Below are positions 23,501 to 39,400 of a stretch of 64,000 nt of DNA, piece by piece. Each line of letters begins with the position of its first letter. Positions within the stretch are counted from its first letter, which is position 1. The stretch covers positions 27,218,001 through 27,282,000 of the forward strand of contig OZ249441.1 of assembly GCA_965235115.1 (NCBI GenBank), given 5' to 3'. The translations under genes were made by a program, and so were the position numbers. Origin of the DNA: Laetmonice hystrix (lineage: Eukaryota). The notes under the pieces were generated by a model. That model saw only the letters and a list, made by a program, of their open reading frames with translations, had not been told where the DNA came from and ran no database searches.

Positions 23501-26500
23501 GGGGCAGCCGATTGCTGAGAGACACACACAGAATGACGCGGTGCCACTCACTCATCAGCTAGTATACACAGACATGTTGTTCATCACACACGAGATGAAA
23601 CCTGGATGAACCACTCGTATACAACAGGATATACAACATCTTACTATATGCAGACGAAAAGGACACATTAAGGAAAAGATTCGCGTACGTCAACAGCTGA
23701 CGGTCATGCAGTATTACGGGCATTGACTGAAATCGAACCGTGGATTTTACGTTCGGATCACCCGGTTGTTTTGAATCCACGAACCTCTGAGAAGAACTGT
23801 GAAGCAGACGTGCTCCTGTTTTCACAATGTTCCGTTCCCCTACACGGAACGTATAACGGATTTACAAACTTCAGTGGAAGTTGATGCCAAAACAACCCCA
23901 TCTTCAGGTAAGGTATAGAGCGAGGGGTGATACCGAGTACAAACGGTGCAGCACCATCCATTCATTCAACTCTCAGCTGGCTACTTACTTATTCATGTCA
24001 TGGGTACTTGCATAACTTGCCGGTGTGTAAGAAATGCCTTTAAACTGTTCTAGAAAATCAGAGAAATAATTTGTTATAGGTATAGGTAACCTACAACCCT
24101 AATAGTTTGGGATCGATAGTCTATAGAACGAAACCTATAGAACGGGGACTGAATGCGTAGGCCTGTATTCCATCTCTGCTTGCATGGTTACTGCTGGCCA
24201 TCTGACCGAATTACCGTTTACAAGTGCAATGGTTACAGTCTGTCTTGGTTGTAATCATATACTTTTTTAAACAGTCGTCACCATCCATTAGGTGAGATGC
24301 TGGGTTTGTCCCATTTCCATCTTAACTGCCCTCCTCCTATAGAAGGAGAAGTAGTAAAAACAATGGTATAGGTAACCTATATGGAACTACCTGTGTATGT
24401 TTTGTCAAGAGTTAATATGTCCCAAGGGTTTAGTCGGTGAGAAAATAATGCCAAATCTTGGCAGCGCACCTGCTAGAAGCCAGCGGTGACAAACTCATGC
24501 CTGTAGGTTGTCATTACAATTGGACCGGTGAACAAAGATTACGTTCACTTCCAGACATCACGGGACTAAACTGGACAGGTAACAACCGCCCCTGTGAATA
24601 ATTTACTTTGAACCGCCCTTGCTCGCAAAATCTCCCAGCCTGACTGTTCCAAGTCAATGCGGGTTGGTAAAGCCCGCATGTCAGACTAATTCTCATCCCA
24701 AATAATGAACTAATGACGGTCCAACATCAAACAGCCGTCACTGTAAGAGAACAGAGAGTCAAACGGTACGTATAGAGATACGGGTAAACAAGAAGATATG
24801 CCTTTGTCACTTCACATTTTCAACTCCGGTCAACAAACATTCCTTCCTTTCAACATGGGAGGGTTAATTACCTGAACACGTGGCATAACCTTACCCATGG
24901 AAACAACTATAGCTAAAGACACCTTACTACCACCTCCTACAGTTGACATTATTCAAAATGGGTGTCGGGAATGTGAGCATGAGAGGAGCCCGGAGGGCAG
25001 CATGTGCTAACGTCATAACATTCACTGAGTGTGAATCCTGTTACTGGGTTCACAGCGGGTCCGTGGTGGGTTGTTATCTCAATAACTAGTATATATCCTC
25101 GTCTGGGTTATAATAATGCCCACCATGAAGACACAAACATCAATATCCCGGTAATTTACACACCAGTGAGTTCAATTCCATATCAGGATGTTCTACCCCT
25201 GCTGAGAGCTCCGGGATCAACGCTGTGCTATTCAAACACGTATACCATTGTTAACATATTGCGAGGATACCATGCAGTATATAATAGGTATGGTTATAGG
25301 GGAACAATATGGGCACTGCAGTGTTATATAGATAAATGCGTGATAATGTAAGATTGATCCAGATATAGGCCGATACAGTGCTCTAAATGAGCAAAACAAA
25401 TGTCCAAATTAATAAAGACACGCTTAAAGTGAGATTAGACCATATAGGCGATCTATAGAATCGGATGTACAATCCATTGTGGTCATTGACACATCATATC
25501 GGGTAATCACTGCTAATTATATATTGGAACAATATACATTATAATGTTGATTTTGCCGAGGTGCATACTGTGAGTTATACATATTTATATAAGTGCTCCT
25601 GTGTATACGGTATACAAGGCAACACATTCTGTCGCATCTATATATGTGCCGATTTCTAAAGGTAGCCCTACATCACCGACAAATGAAAATACTCCACACC
25701 TTACTGATAGATCCATCATTTAACGCCACCGTGTCCTCAACTTCGTTAATGCAGTCTGACGGCCACGAAAAAAGAAAGTTTAAAAAAGAGGAAAGAAAGG
25801 AAAGACAAAAAGAGAGTCTATCAGTAATGCACGTTTCGGTCTCGTTGAGATCATGTTTGATAGATGTACTGTATTCCAGTCACATCGTCTATTCCAAGTT
25901 AAATCGTACCTTCAAAAGCTAACTCGCCTGTCGCCAGCCTTTCAAAAGAAAGGCTATGCTGAAATTTATTTTTATATGGTGGGATTTCAAATACAGATAA
26001 AGTATAAACATTTATTTAGCTTGCTTTGCCCAAAATACCTAACCTTGAACGTATGGTTTTCTGTTGTTTGATGCTGCATGGTTTGTGTATATCCTTACTT
26101 TATTACACAGGCGTATGAATACACAAGAGAGGATAACACAAGATATAGCGACCCCTTGGATTATGTAGAAATCTGTAGGAGGTAGAATATCTTTGTAAAC
26201 ATATGGCGTCATCCTTACATGCGGTTAGCACATCTATCTTTTGGGGTGGGTGGGTAGGTGGGATAATTTTCTCCTGCAGAAAAACTATGCATGAAGCCCA
26301 TGTTGTAACCTGCCGTAAACCTCGTTGGGATTCCTGGCTGTGGGCCTGCAGTAATCCGGGGATTGTTTCAAGTAAAAGTCTACTGCAGTGCTTCCCAAGT
26401 ATGACGTACCTCTTGTGAAGTCCTGCGGCTAAGGGTCCGCAGCACCCTGCTTTTTGTTCATTATGAAAGCATGTGCTCAATCCGCGATCTAACTCCTATA

Positions 26501-27632
26501 TCCACACAAATAATTGTATGTGACCTTCAGTAGTTAAGTTGACTTCATCAGTCTGATTCTTGGATTTTTGAAAATTCGTACAAGTTTGTGCAAGTTTACT
26601 TCTAGAATCGAGCTTCACGCGGACTCAACTCCACACAGGTCTCTACCCCCTACCCTTGGGGAGGTGAAATCTCTCACTGAGTAATCAAACTATTTTAATA
26701 CTTGGACCTCAGTCCTTACTGTCAGATCGGAGGAAATTCATCATTTCTCTTCCAAATAACTATAAATAAATGCGTATAATATGTAATCCCACTGAGTAAG
26801 TAGGAACGCCCTGGCTGCGCACATTTTATGAAAACAAATTCAGAGTCTAGAAAGTTCTCTCTGATGATATTCGAGAACAGAATGACATTCGTAAACACAT
26901 GCTATTCCCCCCATCGTAACATTTCCACCAAATCTGGATTCGAGAGAAGGGGCAGGGCAAGGGTTAGGGTGCGTTTTTAGAGGAGGGTTTGGGGACCGCG
27001 AGCAGGGGTTTGGAAATAGGGTTGGTTACCATGACTGACATATAGACATAGCACATTATGTACTACATCGACCCCTTTTTATATACGCTGCCCGAATATT
27101 ACGCGTTATCAAACCTCAATGTGTTTATTCATATGTTCTGCGTTGTGACATGTGACTTACGTCTTTCCTACAACCATAACATGTTGCTTTTTCATGATAT
27201 CCCGACTATAAGTAGTCATCGACCGTTCTAGAGGCACCCACGCTAACCGCAGACGTACGTAAACATTGAGTTAAATCTGTCCATGCCATTGAATCTAATC
27301 CCGGAGATGGAACCTTCCTACTTATAGACTTCAGCACCCTTGTGATATAGTTGTTTGCTAGAACTAAATTCTGCTTTCTGGAACCCTCCGTTGTTTGTAT
27401 AAGGTGTATAGCGCGCGGTGAAGGCCAGCCTACGACTGCAGTGCACCCCGTGTTGGCCACTACCAGTCGGTTCTTGGTACAGAATCAGTGTCGTTATTTT
27501 GGACTTTCTATGTATCCGGATCGAAAGTGCTGAGGAGTGACGTTTGGTTCTGTCATACCCACAAACATAGTGGGCCCATGATGAATAAATCTATAAGGGA
27601 ACTCCAAACATGAACTTTTCCCCCTTCGTAGG

Positions 27633-27790
27633 ACTTCTCACGACATACATTTTTGTCGGCCTTAAAGTTTTGCCGCTTCGGAGAACTTCTCACGATATTG
27701 TTGTCGGCATTTAAATTTTTTTTAAAGATACTGAAATAAGATACCTGTGTGCCCCTTTAGAAATCTCACGATATACATTTTTGTCGGTAT
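27633..27790. repeat. Three degenerate direct repeats TCTCACGA(N)TTGTCGG
   Basis: Copies near 27637, 27688 and 27764; probably subterminal repeats of a decayed DNA transposon. Confidence 0.5.
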
Positions 27791-29097
27791 AGGCCTACTT
27801 AAAACAAGGTTACCTACCGAAAAAGAGCATTGGACGACTTTTAGGGAGGCACGTGCGCGACCACTTGCATTCTTTAAAATATGAAATAAATTAAAATAAA
27901 TATATTAGACATTTTTAAATTGTAATCGCCGCACATTAATGGCGTTCTCAAACCAACATTACGTAAAAAAGACGTCGAGAGACCGCTTGCCCGGCTTGCA
28001 CGTGTGTTTAGCGTTGTATATTTTCTAACCGTTTTGTGGAACCTTTCGTTCTGGGTGATTTAATTAAAGACACATATCCACATAGGCCATTGTCCTTGAC
28101 GTCCATGAGATTTTGACATCATCCTTTTATTTAAGTGGGATTTTGAGGATGGAACCCATTTCCAGAAACAGGGAAGGCCTTCCATGAAAAATTACAGAGT
28201 GAAATTCCACCATTAAATCATAAATCGTATGGCAGTCGCAAGGAAAATCGCCAATGTGGACATGGGCCGTTACCCTGCGTGTCCTTCAGGTGGAAAATCG
28301 GCGCGTAACGTTCATGGTACCATGAGGCACGCCACACACCCGGGCAACTATCACTTGATATAGATATGACTCATAAGCACACAGTGCCCCCGCTTAACCC
28401 ATTTAAAAAACGCTTCTCTCAAAATCACCATTTGATGGGGAAGCATTTCGTGACGCAACATACAAGATGTATAACTACAAGATGTATCACATATCTTAAT
28501 ATAAATCAGATCAGATTTAAATATACTTGGTGTCGGTGTTCACCATGTGATACTTATAATAAATTGCAAAGATGAAGTTTTGAGGGGCTGAAGACGGGAG
28601 TAAGAGCAGACATGGGCACATTCAGGCATTCAGAATGTGGTCATAGTACAAACGAATGACAAAGGGAACCCATCTCCTGTCGTACTCTCCTAAACCAGCT
28701 CGAACCTAGAACAATGATCACAGATCACAACTACAATGTAGTATGTAGACCACATAGCTTTATGTAATGTAACGTAATGTGCATGAACCTTTCTTAAAAC
28801 CTATCACTTTAAAAAAAGGCACACATACTATTATAATATAGCCTATAGGTAAATGAATCCCTTCCTGCATGGATATGCCACCAGGACCTAAAATAAGCAT
28901 AATGTCTACATTTTTTTAGTGGAGTCATGGTCCATTCTGCATCCCCCTCTTTTTGTAGACTTTCACATGGTACTATATTCCGATACGATCGTCAATATAA
29001 GTGTGTTCATGGATAATCACTCTCAGACCAACAGAACTTATTCCATGTTTTACCGTACATACTTTCAGATTGTTGCGGTTCTCTCCAATAAGAAACC

Positions 29098-30404
29098 ATG
29101 ATGATAGGACTATCATCTCTACACCCACTGATTGCGCTTGCACTCGGTAAGTTAGGTGATACATAGAAAACCTTTTATTATTGTCTAGCGGTAAAAACAC
29201 GCGAGTCTTAATGGAAGCGGTCACCTCACCCGCTGTCCATTGATGAAGTCGTTCTGGGTAGAGCTATTTATATTGAACAACATTCTCCCCTCACGACTCA
29301 GTCGTGGCTGACCGACTCCTCGATGGCAAGAGGCTGTCGATTGACCTGATTCCCCCGCCCTCCGCATGGCTGACCGATTAATTGGCCTTCGCACGAGGGT
29401 CCAGTTTCTGAAAACAGTTTTTGCTTAATCTTATCGCTTCTGCCTGGATGGTTTTGGAAAACCTGGCCCAGGCCGCCACAGTTGGGATGAAACGTTCCAA
29501 ACTTTCTCATCTTCTCGTAACTTTAGGTATATTGTCTGAAAGAGTGGCACGCCTGTGATCGCAAACACATCACGTGCTTGCCTATTCATTGATCCGTCTT
29601 TGTAAAGAGTTGTTTTGTTTTATCGCCAGGTTGCAGCGTCCTATTTGTAACTGGACAAGAAGTAGAGAACTCCCGATATTGCCAGTCACCCCCAGATTGT
29701 AGCACATCTAATGTCACGGCGAGATGGCCCATGCGGGACAACTGCAGGAGATTCTACCGCTGCAATGGTGCAGGGAAATGGAAATCGAGGAACTGCGGCC
29801 AGCAAAAACATTTTGACATTTCAACCATGAGATGCAGGAACCCTACCAGAGCTGTGTGCTTGAGTTGCAATTACGCCGACGCCACGGACCCGGCATGCAG
29901 CCGCCCTTCAACATGTCAATCTAACGATCGACTTCCCGATCCTGAAAACTGTCTGAGGTTCTATGTTTGCACCAATAACCGGTGGTTGATTCGCGACTGT
30001 GCTCCGGGAACGAAATACGACAAGTCGCGATCACGCTGTGACCATATAACTAACATGGCAGTCGTATGTCAACTGCCTTGTCCTGACCTGGCAATGGAAA
30101 CACCGACAACAAGTAATGTTAGTGTCCAACAGGAACCTGAAGTAACACCAACGACGCCCCTACCAACGACGCCCGTCCCAAGGGAAGTGGACCGACGCCT
30201 CGAGTGCAATCTGGGCAGTCTGCCCTGCACCACTGGTACGCTCCTCCCCTACCCTGGAGACTGCAATGCTTTCCAACTGTGCATCAATGGTGCTTGGCAC
30301 AAAGGTAACTGTAGGAACAAGTCCTTTGATTCGGCGACAAAAACATGTCGGCTCCCGCCAGTGGTATGTTCCCCTCCCTGCCGAGGAGTGTCAACTACAC
30401 AAGG

Positions 30405-30440
<36 letters not shown>

Positions 30441-33400
30441 AACAGCAACAACAACAACCACAACAACCACACCAGAACCCCAAAGCCCCATAGCTAAGTG
30501 TAAGGACATCACGCAGACGATGCCTTTAGAGGAATTATGTAACGCCACACATCGGACGGATCACTCGTCGTGTAAATTTGAAGGGGGCGTGGTCCTGGTA
30601 CACACCCACCCAGACAACTGCCGACAGTATTTCGTGTGTGCCGGGGCCAACTTTTGGGGAAGCGGGGCGTGTGCGCCTCGATACCGGTACGACCCCGCGA
30701 CGTGTTCCTGTAAACCTCAGTCGGAGGTCACTTGTAATCTGCGCTGCCATCCCCCCTCCAGTACTTCCCCAACTACCCCGACGACAACTACCACTACTAC
30801 ATCCACAACAACTCCACCCTCTACATCTTCAACGACATCCTGGCAAACTACTGCAGAAACGACAAGTACTACCACAACAGCTCCCGCAACATCATCATCC
30901 ACTACGACAACTACCTCGACGACGTACACGGCACCCACAACTTCAAGTCGGACGACTACGCCTGAAGTCACAAGCCGCACGCCCGAGCCTGACGTATCGT
31001 TTTCGCTGACGTCAAGAGCCACTACGTCATCAACCTCAACGTTCCCTCCATCAACCACAACAAGTCAGCCAACAACCTCGTCATCAACCACATCAGTTGT
31101 ACAACCCACTTCTCCAACAACGTCCGCAGCAACGTTTACACCCAAAGAAACAACTACAACCGTGTCAACTCCTAGCAAAACATCACCATCATCATTATCA
31201 TCATCGACCGCAACAACGACGATGACGCCAACAACAAGAACGACGGAGGGTAGTACGACCACCCCCTCTACCACAACTGGCGCCACCGCCACTGTGACGG
31301 CCGCGACGTCAAGCGTCAGCTCTGGGCCGAGCACAGGTTCTACCCCTGGTGCCACGGCCACAGGTACAACAACCTGGACAACTGGTCGCCTGCTTGTGGT
31401 GGCTACCTCTGCTGGGCCTGCTTGGTTCACCACGCCTAACACAAGTGCTGATAGTAGCTCCCCTCCTCCTACCCCTCCAACATCCCTTCACCCTGCTGTA
31501 GAAAATGCCACTAAAAGCATGCCCCAAGTCACAAGAATGCCTGATGCAGTTTCTCCTTCTGTTACTGGTAGTTCAACAACTGAAGTCGTTCCGACTTCTG
31601 ACGACCAGCCGACCGATATTGATGTAACAATGTCCGACTCGACCACAGGCTCTCTAACGTCCCAAGGCAGGACCAGTCCTGGCGCCACGACTGACACATT
31701 AACGGTAGTTCCCGACACAACTGAAACCACTCTCACCGACATCACATCCTCCACCTTTAGACCTACACCAGTAGGCCGGCTTGACGGACCAGACACTACC
31801 ACAGACATATCCCATCTCACAACATCAGAGACTTCTCATAAGACAAACCAGCCATTCACATCTCAGCCTACCTCCGAAGCAGCTGTAACGCTAACAGTCC
31901 ATCAAAGCACTGCCTATCTAACATCGCCTGACACAACCTCTCCCCCTGCCTCCTCCCCTGCCGTTACCCTCTCGACAGACGAACAGACGGTTTCCTTGCC
32001 TTGGCAGACGACAACCCTGAACCAAACTTCCCGCCCCGCCCATCCTCTGCCTGACGCGCCCTCTAGCGGTAGGCCGACGGCGTCCACGTCTTTGGCTCCC
32101 TCGTTGGTCACCACTAACGTCCTTGAGTTTGAGAACACCGGTGACATGACGAGCACTACCAGCTTCCCTCTTACTACGGCATTAGGTAAGGAAGCAAGTT
32201 AGTGTGAATTCTCTTACAGCTCAGGCTACCGTCATCCCCCTGTGTAAACAGCTCAGCTTTCAAGTGTCGGTAACTTAAAGCAAACGTGCCTCTGGCCCCG
32301 CGGATTTAGAAGGCTATAGCCATAGTACTTAATTTAGGTGCAAACCTGTCTAAGCCTTTACAGCCAGGAACAGGGCAAGCTTAGCGCAGGATCACTATAT
32401 TGTTGCATACAATTAAAAATAGCATGTTAACTTACGTAAATCTATGTAGAATGTATCGTAGGCCAAAGAATGATATTAGAATCTTGAATCCCACAATTAT
32501 CAATTGGCAATTGGGGAATGTTCAGGAGCAGTAGTTGCTGGGAACTTTGCGGGATCGCTAAGAACTGCAGATTTGCAAGTAGGGCTTATTGTTATATGTA
32601 TTTTAAAATCAAAGCACTAACTAAAATAAACCTCTTACAAAGTGGCAGCCTAACACGCTGTGTTGACGTACAGTGTGATCACAATGTGCGAAGGTATGAT
32701 AACATTTGCTATAATTGTCGCTGAACTCATACTACCGGTGTTGTACCTAATCCTATATACCTAGTGTGACGACAATGTTATCCCATATGTCCGTACTAGA
32801 CTATACCTCGTGGACCCTGGGTATAGAAAAGGCTACAATGTAACGCATACTAGCTTTAGACAAGCACGATATCGAGATTTTGGTCCAGTACCTTTTTATA
32901 TGTCTCCGACAATCATTTGGTATCGTGAATTTTGTATGCAACTACTAGTCTATAAATGCTTGGTGAAATGAACAGGCTCTGCAGCTTCTAACTGGATGCT
33001 GACCTCTGTGGCCTTGATGTGTCTATATGGATGCACTGTTTGGTCAAAGCGCGGCGCTCCTGACGCTTTTATTAGTGTATAGGTGTCGCTTCAGTTGACA
33101 CGTGGTTGAAAGTTGGCTGAGTCCCTGAATGTAAGCGCATGTAGTACTAGTACTTTTGTTACTGTACCATCACTGCTAGCAGGGTGAACATATTGTTTTG
33201 TATATAGTTATGTTCTTTTATCTCACTACATGTATCACGGTCATAATACACTTTTAGACTATCGCTTACATGTTATGCTACTGCATGTTTTATATGAGGC
33301 CTGACTTTTCGATGTACCGATCTGGACAAACATGAAACGTGCTTCAGTTCACCTATTATACATGTATAGACAGAGGCATGCATATATTGCGCATGTTTAG

Positions 33401-36400
33401 AAGTATAACTGTGACGATTGCATGGAAGTTTAGATCATGTTCAGGAAAAAGTCGCTGCACCATGAGGCCATATACCAATTGGTGGGAGTATCAAACTATG
33501 TTTACGAGATAAACACCATTGAATAATTTAAACGTCATATCTGTATTCCATAGCCCTAACAAATTTGCAGTCATTCACGTTACCATATTTATGACCTCAT
33601 ACAGTTGGGGTTTCTTTTAAATCGTGAGGTGTACCATATTTCTTTGCATACTTCATTGAATAACAACCGTCATCTTTTGACCTTTGAACTCCTTTCGTAT
33701 TGCCTTAGATAATCTTATTTTCTTTGCGGTGTTTGCTCTGTGAAGACTAATATGAATACCTCTCTGTCGGACAGATTTACCGACCCTGTGCATGTCGGAA
33801 GTGAGGGAAGGCGTCGACTGGCCCGACACACCCCGAGGGCGGACTCATCATCGGAAGTGTCCCGGCGGCAGGAAGGGTAACCTCTCCCATACTTTTCTAA
33901 CTTAACTCCTTGCTTAAGTTTAAAGCTCAGGACCCAGTTCGTAAAAACTTAAGATCTTGCTTAAGCTAAAGCTTAAAGCTTCTGATTGGCTGATCTACTG
34001 AGGCCAGCAAATCAGAAGCGTTATGCTTAGGCTTAAGCAAGATCTTAAATTTTTACGAACTGGGCCCTGATTAACTGGTCCGCTTATACTTAGGTTCCTA
34101 AAAAAGCGGACCCCGAAGGTCAAAGCACGATCCCAAGTATTGAAGAACTGGGTCCAGAACTTCTCTTGAAATTGAATTCTGAATATTTATTAGGGGTCGC
34201 TTAAAAAATCAGCATACTGAATGAGGAGGGGGTTTAGCGTATACAGGGCCCAATGTGACACTGATCCATTACAATTGTACCTTGCAGGAAACATCAGCCG
34301 AACTTGTCGTTTTCGCCCGGGTGTGGGCGCACAATGGGACAAGCCTGATGGCCGATTCTGTGTGGACGTCCGGTATCAACAACTGATGCAAGAGGTGAGA
34401 ACTGCACCGTCATGCCGACCCCAAGCCATTTTGAAATTTGGTCATGGTAAAGTTTGACCCAGAAGACGCAGGCAATAGTCCACACAGTTATATGGGTTCA
34501 GCAGAAAAGATCAGATCAAGGGGTCCTGCCCCCCCCCCCTTGCAGGGCCGTCTTGTCTTGCCTGATGGGGCCCTTGGAAAGCCTCAGTGACAGGGCCAGC
34601 TTAAGGCCTGGTTGAGCCTTGGGCAAGCCTCAGTGATTGGGCCCCCCTGGACCTGGGCCCTGGGCAAGTGGCCCGTTTCCCTATGGCTAAGACGGCCTGT
34701 CCCCTTAGCCTCAATAAATTATTTTCTCATGGAGTATAACTCTCGCTCATATGATTTCCAGGTGGATTCGCTGAGCAATCAGCGGGACGATCCCATGGGG
34801 TCCCAGAACTCGGGTATGAAGGCGTCAGCCCAACTGAACCGGTTGACGGCGACCGAGACGGTCAGACCGAGAGGTATCCAGCCCGGGAACCTCAATGCTT
34901 CCGTTCATATCTTCGATATGCTCACCACGCTGGCCACCAATAACACATCCATGGATAATGTGGAGGTCAGTACCCAACCCTGATCATCACCAAATAAAAC
35001 TTGTTGGAATATTATAAAATATTTCTGCCGATATCTATACAATTATTCCTACACCATATTTCACAAATCCTCCGGTATACAAAGGGATAGACCTCCCCTT
35101 TCAACTGTACATTAGTAGAGACAGTGACGTGTTTTAACACGAACGGTTAAATTGGTATAGGATATTATATGAAGGGACTCAGGAGAACCTAATATTTTGA
35201 CTTATCGTCCACTCCTAATGTGGCATGGCCCATTCCTTCCTTCCCCATAAATTCGACACTGTAGACCTGTGTAAGTAGTGTATAAAATGAGGATGTTTGC
35301 TCATGAAGGCTCTTTGTTCCACAGCTGGACATCCTGACCGGAGCAGCCAGCAACATGTTGTCTCTGAAGAACGAGAACGGTTGGAACACCCTACAAGAGG
35401 TGGGTCTACACACTGGGCCCGATTTGTTGTCTAAACTTAGGTTGTCACGCTTCTATTTGGCTGGTCAAAGCAGACCAGTCAGTTTTTACTAACCATCAAT
35501 TCATGGTAATTTCTAGGCACAAACCATGACGTGAATGAACGTAGCACGGTCAATCTGTGGGGGTTTTCGTTTTGTTTTTTGTTTTGGTAATTCATGCAAG
35601 ATTCTGAATAAACTTGACTGCCAAACTAAAGATCTATTTGATTACCTGCAGCGGGACCCTTCCCGGAGCGTGAGTCTGATGTCGTCCGTGGACCGTATTG
35701 GGGAGGCCGCCGCTCTCAGTATGCCACCTGGCCAACGTATCATCGAGGCTCAGAACCTCCGTAAGTTATCCTTCACCCATCACAGCGTTAACCAGAGCAG
35801 CTTAGGTTATAAGCAGGTTCTTATCTGTAGCATCAGAATAGTGGTTGAAACGTATATGAGATACTGATTTTGTTGTTGTTTGTGTCTGTTTTAAGAAATC
35901 CGAGTTGAGGTTATCCCAAAGGAAGACGCAACCCAGTTAGAGTTTGCACCTCCGAACCAGCATGGCCGGGATACTGGGCCTTCAATGCATGATCGCGTCA
36001 TGCTGGAAAAGGCAACCGTAGACGCCCTGGGAGAAAGTGAGACATTTTCCTAACTCGAATCTCAGAGATATACAGTTGAAAAGAAAATCACCAGTTAAAG
36101 CCGCATGCCTGTATGTCTCTATATATTTTGTCAAATATTCACATATTTAAAGGGATGCTATGAGATTACAATACATTCATTAGAAATGTAATGGGTGCTT
36201 ATCCGATAATCCTTTGACTCCCCTCAGTGGTTCCCGGCGACAACCTGGCCATTTGGAGCACCCACTTCCAAACGCTCCATCAACTTCTCCCAGTAGAAGA
36301 GTAGGTGCTCCTCTCATTCTCATGTCACTGATATCATTAATGTGGCTCTGGTCTTCCGTTTAATTGTTAAAAAAATCAAGGACTCTGACATCATTTCAAT

Positions 36401-39400
36401 AGTTAACCATATTCTCTGAAATGTGTAGGTATAAGTCTAATACTAAGTAATGTTATGGCTAGGTATCAGGACCGAGGCCCCTGCTCCTTGGAATTCACTT
36501 TTCATTTGTTGAGCCCCATTTTTAGATTTCCATCTTGGACTCACTGCCCTGTCCCAAATTCTGGGTCCACCCCGGACGTGTAGTTAACATCTTGATTAAA
36601 TGTTGCAGTGATGACATGATCAACTCGAACATCATATCGGTTAGCGTCAAGAGCCTACCGGACGGTACAAACTTGTCCCCACCAATCAAATTGCAGTTTT
36701 CTTCACTCAACGTAAGAATTAATTCTTTCTAGACAATTATCCAATAGAGATTGCTCCTCAACAATCTCCATCATTATTGAGTGATTAGTCGTCGTATTTG
36801 AGGTGATTTGTTATCACAGACTTTCATGTTTCAGACATCGGCTACAAGTTACGAAGCCGAGTGTTCATTCTGGCAGTTCGCCGACACGGAAAATGAATTC
36901 AATGGGTATGCCTTTTCCATTTTGTCACTTCAATTATAATTGTTTCCCGCATGATGAGAGGCGGTCAGGTCGAACTCGGATAGATAATATACGACACGAA
37001 CGCTGAGAAACGTTTTGACATAAACCTCACCGTCTATAATTGTCAAGTTGTGATTATCAGTGGGTGTTATGCTCCCATAGTGACTAAGTGTTGAAGGCTG
37101 ACCACGTTGTTTGCCTTGCTTCCTGTCAGGGGCCGATGGTCAGACATGGGTTGTGAAACCGTCTTCAGTAATTCCACCACCACCCTGTGTGCGTGTAACC
37201 ATCTCACAAACTTCGCCGTTCTTCTCAGCCCCCACCAAGCCGTACGTATAGCATGACCCCAGGCCCAGTTTTGTAAAACTTCAGTTATTGCTTAAACTTA
37301 TGCTTAATATGACGCCTCTGATTGGCTGGTCTGGTTAGACCAACCAATCAGAAGTGTTAAGCTTAAAGTTAAGCAACAACTTAAGTTTTGAAAAACTTGG
37401 ACCAAAACTATTTAACTGTTCTAATCAAATCCGCATTTTGTGTTCCTCTCGACGAATGATTTGTTTGAAGGCCGAGACGTCTGAAGGTTTCTCAGTGTTA
37501 TATTGTTGTCCCACAGACTGGCCTACACGCCACCATTCTGACCATCATCTCGGTCGTGGGCTGTCTGATTTCAATCCTCGGTATGATTGCAACCATCTGT
37601 CTCTACATCGTCTCATGGAAGTAAGTATACGGTCCACTTATAGAAACAATTCTCTTTTCCATGGAAGTGCCAGAACATTTTGTTGTAGCAATATCATAGA
37701 AGTAAGTCCGACTCTCCTTCGAAATAATTATTCTGTATACCCTCTCATGGAAGGTGTCAGTTCGCATGGACTTCTGCACACATGATGTCCTGGAAGTGGG
37801 TATTGCTTCATTCAGCGCCCCACATGACCAATGCCCAACTCTCTTTACAGGAGAATCAAGTCTCACCACGCGGCGGTACTGATCAACCTTTGCGTTGCAC
37901 TCATACTGGCCAACGTAACCTTCCTGGCTGGCATCGATAGGACTGAAACAAAGGTGAGGAACCCACCAAACTGTTCAGTAGCACTGAAGTATACGGTCCC
38001 CTTCATATCTATCATAACTGCAACAGGCCTGAAATACAGTTTCCCAAAGGCATAGCTGTATTTAGTACAAAGTCGTGCACAGCATAGATTGAGATATCTT
38101 CTTCCATTCCACACAGATGATCTGCACGGTTGTTGCGGCACTACTTCATTTTTTCTACCTCGCCGCCTTTTTCATCATGTTCGCTGAAGGCATCCAGTTT
38201 ATTCTCTACGTCGTACAAGTGTTTCACGTTCGTCGGAAGAGGGAGACCTTGCTACTGCTCATAACGTCGTGGAGTAAGTCATGTTTACACAGCTAGCGGC
38301 CCAAACTTTAAATACTTAATATCGCTGAAGCTTAGAATAACGCGTCCGATTGGCTGGTTGCCCTGGTCAAAGGAAATTACCATGTGACTTGCCATTGACA
38401 AAGATTTACAAAGATAGATGAACATATTGTAAAAGAATTACTTTCCACCAATCATTCTGGTGTACCCACTTACACCGAAGATGATGGCCGTACAATGGGA
38501 GGATTGTTACTTGTGTTCACCATTGTAAAACTGATTTTGACTTGGTACAGTTCTTCCTGGCGTGATTGTGGGCGTCACCATGAGTATAACTCGTGGCGAG
38601 GGTTACGGTACAGAGGATTAGTGAGTATCAAAGTCCGGAGTAGACTTTCTCTCCTTATCCTAACATTGTAAGTTCAAATAGTAAGACTTAACAGCCAATT
38701 GAATCACTGTGATTCAGCGCTATTCAACTTTGTTCGATAACCAGTCTTATAAAGGCAACGATTATACCATTATCATAGCTAAATGGAAATGGATAAAAAA
38801 ACAATTGATCAATCTATATTGTATGAAATATTCCCGTTCTCTTGTTCCCAGTTGCTGGCTTCGTAAAGATACAGGTCTCATTGCTGCGTTCGCGGTGCCT
38901 GCCATGGCTGTGATCATCGTAAGTTTAGAACCAACAGTTCTGATATAGCGTAGAAGAGCATTTATTCACTCACTCAGTATTCACAACCCCAAACCTTCGA
39001 CCCCCCCCCCCTAAAAAAATATTTTTGACAGTAAATTATCCCTGACCGATCAATAACTAACAAAATGTCACCTAATTGCAGGGCAACTTCGTCATTTTAT
39101 GCAAGATTCTACATACTATTGCAAATTCTAAAGGTTCTGAAAAGACCAACAGAGTCAAGTAAGTAGCATTTACGCATAGAATCGAACTTAAAAAACCGAA
39201 TGAAATTACTAAAGCTTTAAAATCTCTTTAGACAATTTAACATATTTTTATGTTAAATTTTCCTTTGTTGTTTGCAGGGCAACAATCTGGAACATTGCCG
39301 TCATGATGCCGCTGCTTGGTTTGACATGGGTATTTGGCCTATTCTCAGTCAGCGAAGCAACTATATCTTTTCAGTACATTTTCGCCGTATGCAACTCTTT

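Noticed and set aside
21500-27500. Possible minus-strand spliced gene built from GC-richer islands (27460-27258, 26445-26408, ~24685-24606, ~23815, ~22480, ~22045)
   Set aside because: Splice sites can be chained, but the product resembles nothing I recognise and alternative phases fit equally well; it is unsupported without transcripts.
30249-32156. Antisense and alternate-frame ORFs over the mucin exon
   Set aside because: They are shadows of Thr/Ser codon repeats (poly-Val in antisense).
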